Positions 1 through 64,000 of a DNA stretch of 64,000 nt are shown here, one piece after another (positions within the stretch are counted from its first letter, which is position 1; every line of letters begins with the position of its first letter). The notes beneath the pieces were generated by a model. That model saw only the letters and a program-made list of their open reading frames with translations, did no database searches and was not told the origin of the DNA. The DNA is from Bugula neritina (lineage: Eukaryota; Animalia; Bryozoa): NCBI GenBank assembly GCA_964035545.1, contig OZ037766.1, positions 26,891,673-26,955,672 on the forward strand. The letters run 5' to 3'. A program made the translations under genes and the position numbers.

Positions 1-247
1 GCAAATTTTCTGTAAAAAATATTAATTAATTAAAACAATAATAGTTTATATAAGCTTTTAAAAGTTAATAAAAACTCTGCTGAAAATATTTACCCAAAGG
101 TTTAACCATAGTTGTAGCATTTTATTATGGATTGCATGTTAGGAGCTACCATAATCTTCAGTTATTATTAAATGTTAACTTAAGATTTTCTAAAGATAAG
201 TCCATGTATATTGTGATAATGCTTTTGAAATAACGCAATTAACTTAC

Positions 248-62024
<61,777 letters not shown>

Positions 62025-62391
62025 CTGCAAAAATTAAAATTTTAAAACAAATTTAGCAACAGCTTATAATATATAAAACCAAAAATAAGTATTTAGTTGC
62101 TGGTATTAAGCAGTTTTTCAATAATATAACAGACTGATGAGTTGAAATACATCTTTCATAATGAATGACTATTTGCTTTACACCTGCAATGTTTCAAATA
62201 CTTTAAAACTGTCCAATTAAAAAAGGAGTATATCTGGTAAGTAAATTTTGGTGCGTAAATTTAGTCTTTGCATTCATGAAAAAAAGCCATGCAGCAAATA
62301 AAAACTGTCCTGAAAACAAAATGCTTCATCCACAGCTAAAACAGTATAAACACATGTTAAAAAATTAGAAAAAAATCACCTTAATTCTTGC

Positions 62392-62887
62392 ATTCTTGTG
62401 ATGGGGGATTTTAATCAACAATTTCCGCTTAAACTTGATGCATACTATCAAACAGTCAAAAAACCTACCCGGAACAATAAAATTCTTGATAAATGCTATA
62501 TCAAAATCAAAGCTGCCTTCAAACAACACCATCATGCAACTTGCAAAGCTTGGTAGGTCAGATCACTTTATAACACACCTCATATACTAGCCTACAGACC
62601 CTTATTCAAATTTAAACCAACTCGAGTCACCCGACGTATATATTCTAAAGAAAACTGTGAAAGACTAAAAGCAGCATTGGACATTACTATCTGGAAAAAT
62701 CTGCTCTCTGATGATGATAACATTCATCAACAAACTAAAAATGTAGCAGACTATATAAACTTCTGCACAGACATGTGCATACCCAAGAAGAGCTTCAGAA
62801 TGTGTACCAACCAGAAACCTTGGATTACTAAACATATAACAGAAATGATCTATCAAAAACAAGTATCTCACAAGGATGGAAACTAAT
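62392..62887 (+). mobile_element. LINE fragment (APE endonuclease end plus linker; Rex1/Babar- or L2-like), interrupted by gypsy C
   Basis: VMGDFN, PTRNNKILDKCY, LGRSDH, DYINFCTDMCIPKK..NQKPWIT. Confidence 0.8.
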
Positions 62888-64000
62888 TGTAAACTATTGT
62901 AGGAGTTGTTGGATTGTATATCGAACAGGCGATTCCAAGTGTGTCATCCCCCTAGTATTCCAAGTACACTAGGGGCGTACGTACATCTAGCCTAGTAAGG
63001 TGCCTACTAAAACTCAGAAGATGGATAGCAGCTTACGATATAAATAAGGCTGGCTAATTAGAGTTGATTGACAGTGCAGTTGAATAGCAGCATTGAATTA
63101 GATAAGTCATGTTTTGCTATCGGTGATTGTGTAGTGTTTTCTTACTTGTGTAGTAGTTAGGTACTTGTGTATCTTTTGCATAAATAAACTCTTTGCTACT
63201 CTAAACTCGGCAGTATTTCATTAGCTCTAAATAACCCAAAATTAGTGAATGCGTAAATTCACAACAAAGGTGGCAGCAGTGGGATTAATTTAAAGCCAAT
63301 GCTCCTGGCCAAGGAGTAGAAGAGTATAGCCGACGAAGGAAACATCCCTCGTCTGGAGCAGATCAAACCGGCAGATATAGAGGATGTCAGGCGGCCCAGC
63401 GCTACCTATAGACAGGTATCATTTGCGGGCTCTCACCTTCTCAGGAGAAAAAGATGTGGAGCAATTTGTCGCTGAGTTCAGCGATGTGATAGCCATCTGT
63501 CAATAGCCTACCCGAGTTACTCTGATCCAGCCGCGGTTGTGCCTGACAAGATTGGTCAAAACTTATGGTATTGGACAGGATGTCGACAACATCTTCGATG
63601 CGTTGAAAGCCCGGTTTGGACTCACCACTGGAGATGCGTGTGTACACCTCTAAGGGCTTAGGAGAGATCCTAGGACTTCCTTGCGAGAACACGCGACCAT
63701 GGTGGAACGACTAGCACAAGTTGCTTATGACAACTTGCCTGCAGAAGGCTGACATAGTTTGGCACCAGATGCATTCCTCCAGTCTGTCAACAACCTGGGC
63801 TTAAAAAGGCATTTGCTGGTAGCTGAAGTTGAGACGTTGGCTCTCCAGCTTGGAAATGCCTGTTTCCAAGCCAACAGTACGTGCCTGCCTGAAGTGGCTG
63901 TTCAGCAAGTAGAGGCCAACGACATTGTGTCACCATCGTCGGCTGTACATGTTGCTGAGGCAGCAGCCGACGAGCCGACCGGCCTAACCACGAGCCTGGT
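62888..64000 (+). mobile_element. Ty3/gypsy element C (same family as B): 5' LTR 62888-63266, PBS and decayed gag; runs off the window
   Basis: TG..CA 379-bp LTR; (a)GGTGGCAGCAGTGGGAT PBS; 63241-63510 aligns with the reverse complement of ~46810-47080. Confidence 0.88.

Overview
AT-rich animal (invertebrate-type) genomic DNA. A single giant gene on the minus strand spans the window: an RNF213 (mysterin)-like AAA+ ATPase/E3 ligase. I reconstructed 48 GT-AG exons by hand (62024 down to 248; 8101 nt, ~2700 codons, all phases consistent). They run from a CBM20-like N-terminal domain through the stalk to AAA2, AAA3 and AAA4, and the gene continues past both window edges. The introns hold many mobile elements. 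(1) A young Ty3/gypsy (Mag-like) element at 8610-14067 has identical 111-bp TG..CG LTRs, gag and pol in one frame separated by UGA-CUAG (a readthrough context), and an intact SGNH/GDSL-fold ORF3 in the env position; it is nested in a TIR element. (2) A decayed gypsy at 43113-47433 carries a different, zinc-finger-like ORF3, and a relative starts at 62888. (3) A 5'-truncated R4/Dong-type retrotransposon sits in a (TAA)n tract. (4) There are two decayed APE-type LINEs, a solo-LTR-like sequence and several MITEs. (5) Two minimal type I hammerhead ribozymes lie next to (TA)n tracts, and one is on the same strand as the RNF213-like pre-mRNA. All calls come from reading the sequence; no database searches or folding programs were run.
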